Assembly (NCBI GenBank): GCA_964499705.1
Contig: CAZCME010000022.1
Location: 1 to 64,000 of the forward strand
Reading direction: 5' to 3'
DNA: 64,000 nucleotides
Source of the DNA: an uncultured bacterium
Lineage (GTDB): Bacteria > UBA8481
The notes under the pieces are model-generated. The model was not told the DNA's origin. It saw only the letters and a list, made by a program, of their open reading frames with translations, and did not search any database. Positions 1 through 9,008 of this stretch are shown piece by piece (the first letter of the stretch is position 1; every line of letters begins with the position of its first letter). Made by a program: the position numbers and the translations under genes.

Positions 1-63
1 AGGCGGACCTTTCTACCTTGCAGAAAAGCGGAACTTTCTACTTTGCGTTGACACTCGGCGGGA

Positions 64-1494
64 ATGTCGGAGAATCGGGCGGCGCTGGAACGTCTCGCCA
101 CCGCCATCAGCGAGGATTCCGACATGCTCGGCGCGCGCGCGGCGACGCTGGCCGAACGCGAGCGGATGGCCTCCGCGGAAGCGACAGCGTGGCGGGCGCA
201 CGCGACGGAGCTTTCGACGGTCCTGGCGCATGCGCGGTTCAACATGCTCCTCGCGCCGACCACGGAACGGCTCGGCCTGCGCCTGGGCATCGCCCTGGCT
301 CTCGCGCTGGCCCTGTATCTCCTCGTGCGCCTCCATCGCCGCCGGCCGATTCTCCTGGAGTGGTTCTTCCCGCAGGTTTCGGAATCGTCGCGCAACACGC
401 TGCGCGACCTCCTCCTCTCCGTCGCCGCGCTCGTCATCGTCTCCACGGCCCTGTCAGCCGCGCTCGGTTACCTCGGCCTGGCGGCGGCTCTCTTCCGGAA
501 GAACACCGAAACCGCCCTCCTGCTCTTCGTGACGCTCTGGCTCAGCCGCTACACATCCCGCAGCCGGCTCCGCTGGCTGTACGCCTTCGCGCTCGCGATC
601 GGAACCGCGTATGCCATCATCACGATCTGGGAAATCCCCAGGCAATGGATCACGCAGGTCGTCTTCCTCGGGGGGCGCATGATCGTGACACGACTCTTTC
701 GCCTCGGAATCATCGCGCTCACGCTCCTCGTAATCCGGCTCATCTACCGCTCCATCGTCTCCGTCATCATGTCGCGCGCCGGCGGGATCAGTTCGCGCGA
801 GACCGCCTACGAGCGGGAGCAGCGGATCCGGACGCTCATACACGTCTTCCACCGCGTCGGAGATTTCATCCTCGCGATCTGCGGAATCGTCCTCTTTCTC
901 CGCGTCATCGAATTCGACGCCACGCCGCTCCTGGCCGGCGCGGGCATCGCCGGCATCGCGCTCGGCTTCGCCGCGCAATCGCTCATCAAGGATTTCCTGA
1001 ACGGCTTCTTCATCATCCTCGAAGGCCAGTATTCCGTAGGCGACGTGGTCAGGATCGGAGCCATGACCGGGCATGTCGAGCAGATCGGGCTCCGCACGAC
1101 ACGGCTCCGGGAATGGGACGGCACCGTCCATATCATCCCGAACGGAGAAATCTCGTCGGCCTCCAACCTGACGCACAACTGGTCGCGCGCGGTCATGGAT
1201 GTCGGGGTCAGCTACACGGCGGATCCGGAGCATGTGAAGAGGGTGATACACGAGACCGCCGTGGAGATGAGAAAGACGTCGACCTTCGCGTCGGACATCC
1301 TGGATGATCCTGAATTCATCGGGATCGAATCCTTCGGCGATTCCGCCGTCCATTTCCGCGTCATGCTGAAGACGGCGCCCCTCAAGCAATGGGATATCGC
1401 GCGCGAGCTGAGGCTCCGGATCAAGAAGGCCTTCGAGAAGGAAGGCATCGAGATCCCGCTCCCCCAGCGCGTGGTGCACCAGGCGAAGTCGTGA
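64..1494 (+). CDS. Small-conductance mechanosensitive channel (MscS/YbiO-like) with N-terminal membrane extension
   Basis: C-terminal half has MscS motifs: LLAGAGIAGIALGFAAQSLIKDFLNGFFII, GDVVRIG, GHVEQIGLRTT, IIPNG, GIEIPLPQ. Start codon uncertain. Confidence 0.9.
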   Translation: MSENRAALERLATAISEDSDMLGARAATLAERERMASAEATAWRAHATELSTVLAHARFNMLLAPTTERLGLRLGIALALALALYLLVRLHRRRPILLEWFFPQVSESSRNTLRDLLLSVAALVIVSTALSAALGYLGLAAALFRKNTETALLLFVTLWLSRYTSRSRLRWLYAFALAIGTAYAIITIWEIPRQWITQVVFLGGRMIVTRLFRLGIIALTLLVIRLIYRSIVSVIMSRAGGISSRETAYEREQRIRTLIHVFHRVGDFILAICGIVLFLRVIEFDATPLLAGAGIAGIALGFAAQSLIKDFLNGFFIILEGQYSVGDVVRIGAMTGHVEQIGLRTTRLREWDGTVHIIPNGEISSASNLTHNWSRAVMDVGVSYTADPEHVKRVIHETAVEMRKTSTFASDILDDPEFIGIESFGDSAVHFRVMLKTAPLKQWDIARELRLRIKKAFEKEGIEIPLPQRVVHQAKS

Positions 1495-1496
1495 GG

Positions 1497-1704
1497 ACAG
1501 AAGTATCCCAACTGAAAAATCATTAACCACGAACCACTCGAACCACACGAAAAACACGATTAATGCCTTTCGCCGGGAAATAAAGAGTCACCGGTCGCGG
1601 AGGGTCTTCCTTTCTCTCTTCTCGCTTTCGTTTTACATCTTCCCAGAATTTTTGTGTTTTTCGTGTGGTTCGTGGTTTCAGTTTTTTGATTGGGGAGCTT
1701 CTGT
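1497..1704. mobile_element. MITE/REPIN-like nested inverted-repeat element
   Basis: Outer imperfect IR ACAGAAG..CCCAA (1497) / TTGGG..CTTCTGT (to 1704). Inner IR AACCACGAACCAC(TCGAACCAC)ACGAAAAACAC 1525-1557 vs GTGTTTTTCGTGTGGTTCGTGGTT 1654-1677. AT-rich spacer; lies between convergent genes. Confidence 0.65.
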
Positions 1705-1783
1705 AGCCGCTATATAGAGATTTACGAGAAGCTGGTTTAGGATCAAGGATTTCCGGACTTGCGTAATTCCGGTCGCAAAACTA

Positions 1784-1830
1784 ATCCGGCCGCCGCCCCG
1801 CTTTCGCGAGGCGGCCCCCGCTGGCCGGAT
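1784..1830 (-). terminator. GC-rich hairpin downstream of glnK copy 1
   Basis: ATCCGGCC...GGCCGGAT encloses GCCGCCCCGC-TTTC-GCGAGGCGGC. A related hairpin follows the other glnK copy. No clear U-tract. Confidence 0.45.
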
Positions 1831-1850
1831 CGAAGTTCGTTGCGAGTTTC

Positions 1851-2189
1851 TTACAGCGCGTCGGGTCCCCGTTCGCCGGTGCGGATCCGGACCGCCTGCG
1901 AGAGCGTCGTGACAAAGATCTTGCCGTCGCCGATCTTGCCGCTGCGGGCGGCGCTGGAGATCGCCTCGATCACCTTGTCCGTCTGTGAAGCCGGCACCGC
2001 GACCTTGATCTCCGCCTTCGGCAGGAGATCCACCGTGTACTCCGCGCCCCGGTAAACCTCCGTGTGTCCCTTCTGGCGCCCGTGTCCGTGCACTTCCGAG
2101 ACGGTGAATCCCGGGAGATTGAGTTCAGCGAGCGCGTTCTTGATCGCTTCCACGGCCGAGGGCCGGACGATCGCTATGATCAGGTTCAT
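1851..2189 (-). CDS. glnK: P-II nitrogen regulatory protein (copy 1)
   Basis: 112 aa; GRQKGHTEVYRGAEY T-loop, GKIGDGKIFV, VRIRTGE; directly downstream of amt; RBS GGAGG. Confidence 0.96.
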   Translation of the reverse strand: MNLIIAIVRPSAVEAIKNALAELNLPGFTVSEVHGHGRQKGHTEVYRGAEYTVDLLPKAEIKVAVPASQTDKVIEAISSAARSGKIGDGKIFVTTLSQAVRIRTGERGPDAL

Positions 2190-2288
2190 TGTTTTCCTCC
2201 TTCAAAAAGCTCCCCTGCTTCGCGGGGTTCATTCGATTGCGTCATTTTTCTCGCCGCGTCCCGGACTTTAACCGGGACGCGGCGGATA

Positions 2289-4019
2289 TTATTTGATGAT
2301 GAAATCCGGATAGCCGACGGCTCCCATCTCGGGATTGTCGAGCCCTTGGATCTCGGTTTCCTTGGAAACGCGGATCGGCGTGATGAGGTTCGAGAACTTG
2401 AACCAGACATAGGCCATCACGAAACCGAAGACCGCGACGACAACGGCCGAGAGAATCTGCGCTCCCAGTTGCGAGGCGTCTCCATACATGAGACCCCGGA
2501 CGCCGTCCGAACCGTACTTGGCGACCATATCCTCGCGAACAACTCCGTTCCAACCGGCGCCGTATTTGCCGTTGGCGAAGATGCCGACCGAAATGACGCC
2601 CCAGATGCCGTTGACGCCGTGCACGGAAATGGCGCCGACAGGATCGTCGATGCCGATGCGGTCCCAGAAGAAGACGCTGAAGACGACCACAACACCCGCT
2701 ATGCCGCCGATTAAGACGGCCGCCCAGCTGTCGACGAAGGCGCATGGAGCCGTAATGGCGACGAGGCCTGCCAGCATGCCGTTGCACATCATGGACGGAT
2801 CAGGCTTCAAACCCTTCAGCATCATCGTGAGCATGGACGTCAATGCTCCGGCGACTCCCGCAAGCATCGTGTTGACGACCACGACGCTGATCCGCAGATC
2901 CGTTCCCGAAAGAGTGGAGCCCGGGTTGAATCCGAACCAGCCGAACGCGAGAATGAATGTTCCCGCGATGACCATCGGAATGTGATGGCCGGGAATAGCC
3001 TGGGGTTTGCCCTGGATGTATTTGCCGATCCGGGGTCCCAGAACAATACCGCCGGCCAGGCCTATAATTCCTCCCATCGAATGCACCACGCCCGAACCCG
3101 CGAAGTCCACGGCTCCGTGGCCCAGTTGCCAATTCAGACCGGCCTGAGCGAGGAATCCGCCGCCCCATACCCAGTTCGCGTAAAGACAGTACGGAAGCGC
3201 GACCCAGAGGCCGTAGAGGAGAAAATTCTTCGTGGCCCACCGTTCCGCCATCACTCCGGTCGGAATCGTGGCGGTCGTGTCCATGAAGACCATCATGAAG
3301 AAGAAGAGCGCCATGACAGAAACGTCATCCATGCCGCAGAGGAAGAATCCCTTCAGTCCGATGAGTCCATACTTGTAGAGACCCGTCGCGGTATCGAGCG
3401 CCAAGCCCCAGCCGGAATTAAGAATGGATGTACCCGGCCCGAGAGTCGAGTACCAGCCCGGAGGCACGGGACCGTTCCACCAGTTGCCCCAGCCGATCGC
3501 AAATCCATATGCCCAGAACGCGATGCAGCCGAGCGGATAGATGAGAAAGTTCATCGTCATCGTGTGCGCCGAATTTTTCGCGCGGCAGAGACCGGTCTCG
3601 ACCATCGCGAATCCCGTCTGCATGAACATGACGAGAAAACCCGTCACGAGGACCCACACCATATTGATCGAGAAGAGGTTATGCGCGATGCGGTCGTAGA
3701 GGCCGGCCGGCGTCATCGCGGACGGATCGCCGTCGCCGACGGGTCCGGCGGATGGCGTCGTCCAATAGCCGGCGGCTCCGCCTCCCGCGTCCGGCCAGAG
3801 CGGCTTCGTCGGATCAGGGCTCGTGGCGGTCATATACGGCGGAAGAACCGGAGCGGCCGCTTCGGCAGGTGCCGCTTCCGCGGGTGCAGCCGCGGCTTCC
3901 CCGGTGACAGGCGCGCCCTCGGCGGCCGGGTAGGCGGTCTTGTTGTCTTCCGCTCGAGTCAACGGTGCTGCGCAGAGCAGCAACGTCATGGCACAGAGAA
4001 TCGTGACGATTTGCTTCAT
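2289..4019 (-). CDS. amtB: Ammonium transporter with signal peptide and long Ala/Pro-rich N-terminal extension
   Basis: FMQTGFAMVETG, DFAGSGVVH, WFGFNPGS, GLVAITA, DDPVGAISVHG (both pore histidines present); RBS GAGGAGG. Confidence 0.95.
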   Translation of the reverse strand: MKQIVTILCAMTLLLCAAPLTRAEDNKTAYPAAEGAPVTGEAAAAPAEAAPAEAAAPVLPPYMTATSPDPTKPLWPDAGGGAAGYWTTPSAGPVGDGDPSAMTPAGLYDRIAHNLFSINMVWVLVTGFLVMFMQTGFAMVETGLCRAKNSAHTMTMNFLIYPLGCIAFWAYGFAIGWGNWWNGPVPPGWYSTLGPGTSILNSGWGLALDTATGLYKYGLIGLKGFFLCGMDDVSVMALFFFMMVFMDTTATIPTGVMAERWATKNFLLYGLWVALPYCLYANWVWGGGFLAQAGLNWQLGHGAVDFAGSGVVHSMGGIIGLAGGIVLGPRIGKYIQGKPQAIPGHHIPMVIAGTFILAFGWFGFNPGSTLSGTDLRISVVVVNTMLAGVAGALTSMLTMMLKGLKPDPSMMCNGMLAGLVAITAPCAFVDSWAAVLIGGIAGVVVVFSVFFWDRIGIDDPVGAISVHGVNGIWGVISVGIFANGKYGAGWNGVVREDMVAKYGSDGVRGLMYGDASQLGAQILSAVVVAVFGFVMAYVWFKFSNLITPIRVSKETEIQGLDNPEMGAVGYPDFIIK

Positions 4020-4094
4020 TGCTTATCCTCCTCTTTTTTTCCGGGCCAGCCGCCCTGAAATGGAATCGGGGGCACGGTATACCCCCCTGAGGAC

Positions 4095-4110
4095 AGCAAG
4101 GGTGATGCCA
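4095..4110 (-). promoter_or_regulatory. Sigma-54 (-24/-12) promoter for amt-glnK unit 1
   Basis: Minus strand reads TGGCATCACCCTTGCT (GG-N10-GC), close to consensus TGGCAC-N5-TTGCW, 76 nt upstream of the amt start. Confidence 0.8.
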
Positions 4111-4208
4111 TGCTGAAATGCACGAAGTTATCTTTGTGGGGAACTCTTTTGCTGGTCAAATAGGATGCTGGAAAGGTCAGAAAAGTACGATTCGGAGGTT
4201 GCTCTGAT

Positions 4209-4232
4209 GCCGCCCCGCTCGCGCGGGGCGGC
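4209..4232 (-). terminator. GC-rich hairpin downstream of glnK copy 2
   Basis: Perfect 10-bp stem GCCGCCCCGC-TCGC-GCGGGGCGGC. Confidence 0.5.
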
Positions 4233-4260
4233 CCCTCAGGCCGATAGTGCTACTTACAGA

Positions 4261-4599
4261 TTAAAGCGCGTCCGGTCCCTGCTCGCCTGTCCTGATCCGG
4301 ACAGCCTGCAAAAGTGGCGTCACGAAAATCTTTCCATCGCCGATCTTTCCGGATCGGGCCGCGGAGACGATGGCGGCGATGACTTTGTCGGTCGAAGCCT
4401 TCGGCACCGCCAGCTTGATCTCGGCTTTCGGCAGCAGATCGATGGTATACTCCGCTCCACGGTATACCTCCGTGTGCCCCTTCTGCCTCCCGTGGCCATG
4501 CACTTCCGAAACCGTGAACCCGGGCAGGTCCAATTCCGACAAAGCGGTCTTGACCGATTCGACCGCCGCGGGGCGGACGATGGCAATGATGAGATTCAT
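4261..4599 (-). CDS. glnK: P-II nitrogen regulatory protein (copy 2)
   Basis: 112 aa; same motifs as, and very similar to, 1851..2189. Confidence 0.96.
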   Translation of the reverse strand: MNLIIAIVRPAAVESVKTALSELDLPGFTVSEVHGHGRQKGHTEVYRGAEYTIDLLPKAEIKLAVPKASTDKVIAAIVSAARSGKIGDGKIFVTPLLQAVRIRTGEQGPDAL

Positions 4600-4624
4600 C
4601 TTTGTTCCTTCCTCATTTCTTCAC

Positions 4625-6034
4625 TCAGAACTTGTATCCGACTTCGCCGTGCTGCGTGAGGTCCAACCCCTCGACCTCGTCCTGCTTCGAAACGCGAAGC
4701 CCGAGAATCTTATCCACAATCCGGAGAAGAATCCATGTTCCGGCGCCCGCGAAAACGATCGTCACAATCACAGCCGCGACCTGGTGCCCCATCGTCCCGA
4801 CACCGTCCTTCAGGGCGGGATTGACCGCGCTGGAAGCGAAGACGCCCGTCAAGATCGCGCCGAGCGTTCCTCCGACGCCGTGCACGCCGAAGGCGTCGAG
4901 CGAATCGTCATAGCCGAACTTGTTCTTCATGATCGTGACGGAGCCGAAGCAGACAACGCCGGAGGCCAGGCCCATGAGGATCGCCGACGTGGGCGTGATG
5001 AAGCCGGAGGCCGGCGTCACGGCGACGAGGCCGGCTACTGCACCGGAGACCGCTCCAAGCGCGCTCGGCTTGCCCCGGTGAATCCACTCCGCGATGCTCC
5101 ACGAGGTCGCCGCCGCCGCGGTCGCGAAATGCGTCGCGACGAATGCGCTGACGGCGAGCGTTCCGCTGGAGACAGCCGATCCCGCGTTGAAACCGAACCA
5201 GCCCACCCAGAGAAGCCCCGCTCCGATGAAGCTGTACGTGAGATTGTGCGGCTGCATCGGCTCCTTCGGATATCCATGCCGCTTTCCCAGAACAAGCGCG
5301 CAGACGAGAGCGGAATAACCGGAGCTGATATGGACGACGGTTCCGCCGGCGAAGTCGATCGCCTTGATCGGCGCATTTTCGTTCCAGAGCCCGTTCATGA
5401 ATCCGCCTTCGCCCCAGACCCAGTGGGCGAGCGGGCAATAGATGAACGTGAGCCACGCCAAGAGAAAGACGACCATCGAGCTGAACTTCATTCGTTCGGC
5501 GAATGCTCCGGTGATGAGCGCCGGAGTAATAATGGCGAACATGAGCTGATAGACCATGAAGAGCTGGTGCGGGATCGTGGCGGCATAGAACGCATTGGGT
5601 TCGCCGGCGGTCACTCCGCGGAGAAACGCCCAGTCTAATCCGCCCGTCAGGCCGCCGGAGTGAAACGCGAGGCTGTATCCCATGACGTACCAATGGAGCG
5701 TGACGAGCGCGACCATCGCCATGCTCTGCATCATCGTGCCGAGAACATTCTTCGTCCGGACGAGCCCGGAATAAAAAAGCGCGAGTCCTGGGATCGTCAT
5801 CATGAGAACGAGGGCGGAGCTGATGAGAATCCACGCGGTGTCTCCGGTGTCCGGCGCCCAAGGCGATGCCGAGGCAACCACAGGAACGGATACCGCGATG
5901 ACCGGCGCTCCGGAAGCAAGCATGGACGCTGTGGAATCGGGGGATGTGATCGCGGTCACGGTTGTCTCCTGCGACCACGCCGGCACGAGAGCTACGGCCA
6001 AAACCATGATTCCTGCCGCAGCGATTCGACTCAT
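4625..6034 (-). CDS. amtB: Ammonium transporter (canonical AmtB-like)
   Basis: DTAWILISSALVLMMTIPGLALFYSG, FAIITPALITGAFAER, DFAGGTVVH, WFGFNAGS, DDSLDAFGVHG. ATG 6034 preferred over GTG 6055, which lies very close to the predicted transcription start. Confidence 0.96.
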   Translation of the reverse strand: MSRIAAAGIMVLAVALVPAWSQETTVTAITSPDSTASMLASGAPVIAVSVPVVASASPWAPDTGDTAWILISSALVLMMTIPGLALFYSGLVRTKNVLGTMMQSMAMVALVTLHWYVMGYSLAFHSGGLTGGLDWAFLRGVTAGEPNAFYAATIPHQLFMVYQLMFAIITPALITGAFAERMKFSSMVVFLLAWLTFIYCPLAHWVWGEGGFMNGLWNENAPIKAIDFAGGTVVHISSGYSALVCALVLGKRHGYPKEPMQPHNLTYSFIGAGLLWVGWFGFNAGSAVSSGTLAVSAFVATHFATAAAATSWSIAEWIHRGKPSALGAVSGAVAGLVAVTPASGFITPTSAILMGLASGVVCFGSVTIMKNKFGYDDSLDAFGVHGVGGTLGAILTGVFASSAVNPALKDGVGTMGHQVAAVIVTIVFAGAGTWILLRIVDKILGLRVSKQDEVEGLDLTQHGEVGYKF

Positions 6035-6075
6035 ATTCACGCTTCGAGACAACACATCACGCCGGCATCTGATTC

Positions 6076-6091
6076 AGCAAACTACATGCCC
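6076..6091 (-). promoter_or_regulatory. Sigma-54 (-24/-12) promoter for amt-glnK unit 2
   Basis: Minus strand reads GGGCATGTAGTTTGCT (GG-N10-GC), with an AT-rich region upstream. Confidence 0.7.
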
Positions 6092-6282
6092 GCTTGAATA
6101 TATGAAAGTTGGACATTATTAATACCGGCAAACGATCAAAGCGGATCGCGTCGCGGTCAAAATAATTCATAACGGGGAATCAAAATCCCCCATCCCCAGA
6201 TCCCAACCCCAACGAAACACAGAAACTATTTGACGCCGATTCAGGATGGTTTTTTTGGGATATAGGAGTTTTGGACTTGCTG

Positions 6283-6981
6283 TTACCGCTTCAGATCCAA
6301 AACCGTTCCCAGGATTTCGTCTTCAGTTCGGAATACCGCCGCGTTCACCTGCACCGCGCGTTCGTCCCGGATCAGATTGATCATCTGTTCCGCGATATCG
6401 ACGTTGGAACCTTCCATTGTTCCCTGCTGAATCTCTCCATTCCCACGTATGCCCGGACCGGAAGCCGCCGTGGGCACGGAGAGATTGTCTCCGACATTCG
6501 CGAGGCCCGCGGGATTGGAAAAGCGAACCGGCTGAATCTGCCCGAGCGTGGTCTGAGTTCCATCCGCCCGCTGCGCGCTCACGGTCCCATCCCTGCCGAT
6601 GGAAAGCCCCGTCGCGTCCGGAGGAACCGTGATCTGCGGTTCCAGCAGGTCCCCGTTCTGCGTGACGATTCTTCCCTGGCCGTCGATGGAGAACGAACCG
6701 TCGCGCGTGAACGCGAGCCGTCCTCCGTTCTGTCGCACGGAAAAGTATCCGTCCCCGTTGATGGAAATGTCGAGCGATTGGCCGGTAAAAACAACCGGCC
6801 CGGGTGAAGTCGTTTCGGCGATTGAGCCTACCTCGACTCCCCTCCCCCCGGGTCCGGTCGCAAAATTCGTTGAACTGGAACGGAACCCGGTCGTATTAAC
6901 ATTGGCGAGATTGTTGGCCGTGACATCGAGCCCTTGGTTGAAAGCTCGTATCGCCCCCGCTGCGTTATGCAATCCATCCAT
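6283..6981 (-). CDS. Flagellar basal-body rod-like protein (FlgG/FlgF family), stand-alone
   Basis: ANNLANVNTTGF N-terminus, LDISINGDGYF, TRDGSF, EGSNVD near C-terminus; RBS AGGAGG before ATG 6981. Confidence 0.85.
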   Translation of the reverse strand: MDGLHNAAGAIRAFNQGLDVTANNLANVNTTGFRSSSTNFATGPGGRGVEVGSIAETTSPGPVVFTGQSLDISINGDGYFSVRQNGGRLAFTRDGSFSIDGQGRIVTQNGDLLEPQITVPPDATGLSIGRDGTVSAQRADGTQTTLGQIQPVRFSNPAGLANVGDNLSVPTAASGPGIRGNGEIQQGTMEGSNVDIAEQMINLIRDERAVQVNAAVFRTEDEILGTVLDLKR

Positions 6982-7045
6982 GGTTGCGCTCCTCCTGTCC
7001 TGCAAGATTCAATATACCGTGAATTAAGCCCATAAGTCAACTAAG

Positions 7046-9001
7046 ATGGAGGATATGCGCCTCATTTCCGCAGCCATTGCATCCGTCAACACCACGGTCG
7101 GAGCCGTCCGCACGAACACGGACAAGGCGATCGTCCTGGCGCGCGAAGCCGGAGGTCGTGGGGTCACGATCTGCGCGTTCCAGGAGCAGTTGATCGGAGG
7201 ATATCCGCCGGAGGATCTGACGCAGTGGTCGCGGTTCATCGAGGCGCAGCAGGAGGAGCTCGCCCGGTTCGCGCGGGAAACGAGCGGAATCCGGACGGTC
7301 TTCGCCATCGGCGTGACGGCCGACCTGGGAGGACATCGCTTCAACTGCGCGGCGGTGGTTCACGGCGGAGAGATTCTCGCCTTCATCCCCAAGGAAAAAC
7401 TCGCCAACTACAACGTCTTCTACGAGGAGCGAACCTTCACGAAGGGAGGACCGGGATATTTCGCCGAGGTCGCGGGCCCTGCCGGTCGTGGAATCCCCAT
7501 CGGCGATTACATCTTCCGATTCGATTTCGGGATCGTCGCCTTCGAAGTCTGCGAGGATCTCTGGTCGCCCGACGGTCCGCTCATCCGGCGAGCCGCGGCC
7601 GGCGCGGAGCTCATCGTGAATCTTTCCGCGTCGCCGTATCGGCTCGGAGTTCACGACACGCGCCGCGAACTGCTCGGCACGCGTTCCGCCGATGCGCAGT
7701 GCGCGCTCCTCTACGCCAACGCCGTGGGCGGCAACGACAACCTCGTCTTCGACGGCGGAGGCATGATCTGGCAGAACGGCCGGCTGTTTCTCGCCGCGCC
7801 GCGCTTCGTCGAAGGCGTCTGGGACACCGTCCTCGACCTCGACCGGACATTGCGGCTCCGCGCCGAAAATTCGACCTCCCGTTACGACTGGGAAACGCGG
7901 CGCTCCTCGGAACTGGCTCCGCGGATCATCGACGTGAAAAGCCCCACGATCCACGACCGGCGCGACCTGGAGAGCATCGAAGGCGCGCCAGAGGGAGCCG
8001 CGGCGGCGCGGACGTCGCTCTCCTTCATGGCGCCTCCTGAAAAAAGCTTCTTCATCCCCTCGTCTTCCGCTACCGCTCCGACGAACGAACTCTTCTGCGA
8101 GGAAGTTCTCTCCGCCCTGACCCTCGGGATCGGCGATTACTTCGAGAAGAACGGCTGCTTTAAAAAGATCGGGCTCTCCATCTCCGGCGGCCGCGACAGC
8201 CTTCTCGCGCTCCTCGTCGCCCACCGCTACGTCACGTCCCGGGCCGACCATGGAAAAAACATCCTGCACGCCTTCACGATGCCGTCCCAGCACACGAGCG
8301 AGGCCACGTTATCGGCCGCGAAAGCCATCTGCCGCGACCTGGACATCCCGTTGAAGATCGTTCCAATCAAGGACGCCTACGAGCGGGAACTGGTCGCCGT
8401 GAAGGCGATGCTTCCCGCGGGCCGCGAACCGGACGGCCTGACGCTGCAGAATATCCAGGCGCGCATCCGCGCCGCGCGGATGTGGAACTGGGCCAACGCG
8501 GAGTCCGCGCTCTGGCTGCACACCGGCAACATGACGGAGAAAGCCGTCGGGTACACGACGATCGGCGGAGACCTCGAGGGCGGCTTCTCCGTCCTCTCGA
8601 ACATTCCGAAGACGCTCGTCATCCACCTTTTGGAGTATCTCGAAAAGAAGACCCGCCACGAAGGCATCGCGCTCACGATGAAATCCAGGCCCGGCCCGGA
8701 GCTGGCTCCGAACCAGTCCGGCGAGGACGAGCTGATGCCGTACACGGTTCTCGACGCATGCTTCTATCTGCACGCCTCCGAGAAATACGCTCCGCCCGAG
8801 ATGCTCACCGCGCTGAAAGCGATCTTCCCCGAGCATGACGCGGAGCAGCTCGACGCGTGGGTGAAGCGATTCGTGAAGATGTTCGGCAACGCGATCTACA
8901 AGTGGGTGCAGGCTCCGATGGCCGTCCACATCGGCAATCTCGATCTTGACCGCGAGCGCGCCCTGCAGCTGCCGGTCGTCAAGAAGAACGAGTGGATGTA
9001 A
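7046..9001 (+). CDS. nadE: Glutamine-dependent NAD+ synthetase
   Basis: N-terminal nitrilase domain (GYPPEDL, LANYNVFYEER, EVCEDLW) plus synthetase domain (SGGRDS, QNIQARIR, TGNMTE, GYTTIGGD). Confidence 0.95.
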   Translation: MEDMRLISAAIASVNTTVGAVRTNTDKAIVLAREAGGRGVTICAFQEQLIGGYPPEDLTQWSRFIEAQQEELARFARETSGIRTVFAIGVTADLGGHRFNCAAVVHGGEILAFIPKEKLANYNVFYEERTFTKGGPGYFAEVAGPAGRGIPIGDYIFRFDFGIVAFEVCEDLWSPDGPLIRRAAAGAELIVNLSASPYRLGVHDTRRELLGTRSADAQCALLYANAVGGNDNLVFDGGGMIWQNGRLFLAAPRFVEGVWDTVLDLDRTLRLRAENSTSRYDWETRRSSELAPRIIDVKSPTIHDRRDLESIEGAPEGAAAARTSLSFMAPPEKSFFIPSSSATAPTNELFCEEVLSALTLGIGDYFEKNGCFKKIGLSISGGRDSLLALLVAHRYVTSRADHGKNILHAFTMPSQHTSEATLSAAKAICRDLDIPLKIVPIKDAYERELVAVKAMLPAGREPDGLTLQNIQARIRAARMWNWANAESALWLHTGNMTEKAVGYTTIGGDLEGGFSVLSNIPKTLVIHLLEYLEKKTRHEGIALTMKSRPGPELAPNQSGEDELMPYTVLDACFYLHASEKYAPPEMLTALKAIFPEHDAEQLDAWVKRFVKMFGNAIYKWVQAPMAVHIGNLDLDRERALQLPVVKKNEWM

Positions 9002-9008
9002 GCGCCCG

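Noticed and set aside
1525-1677. Possible CRISPR array from short repeated units
   Set aside because: Units are ~9 nt, adjacent and inverted; no repeat-spacer periodicity and no cas genes.
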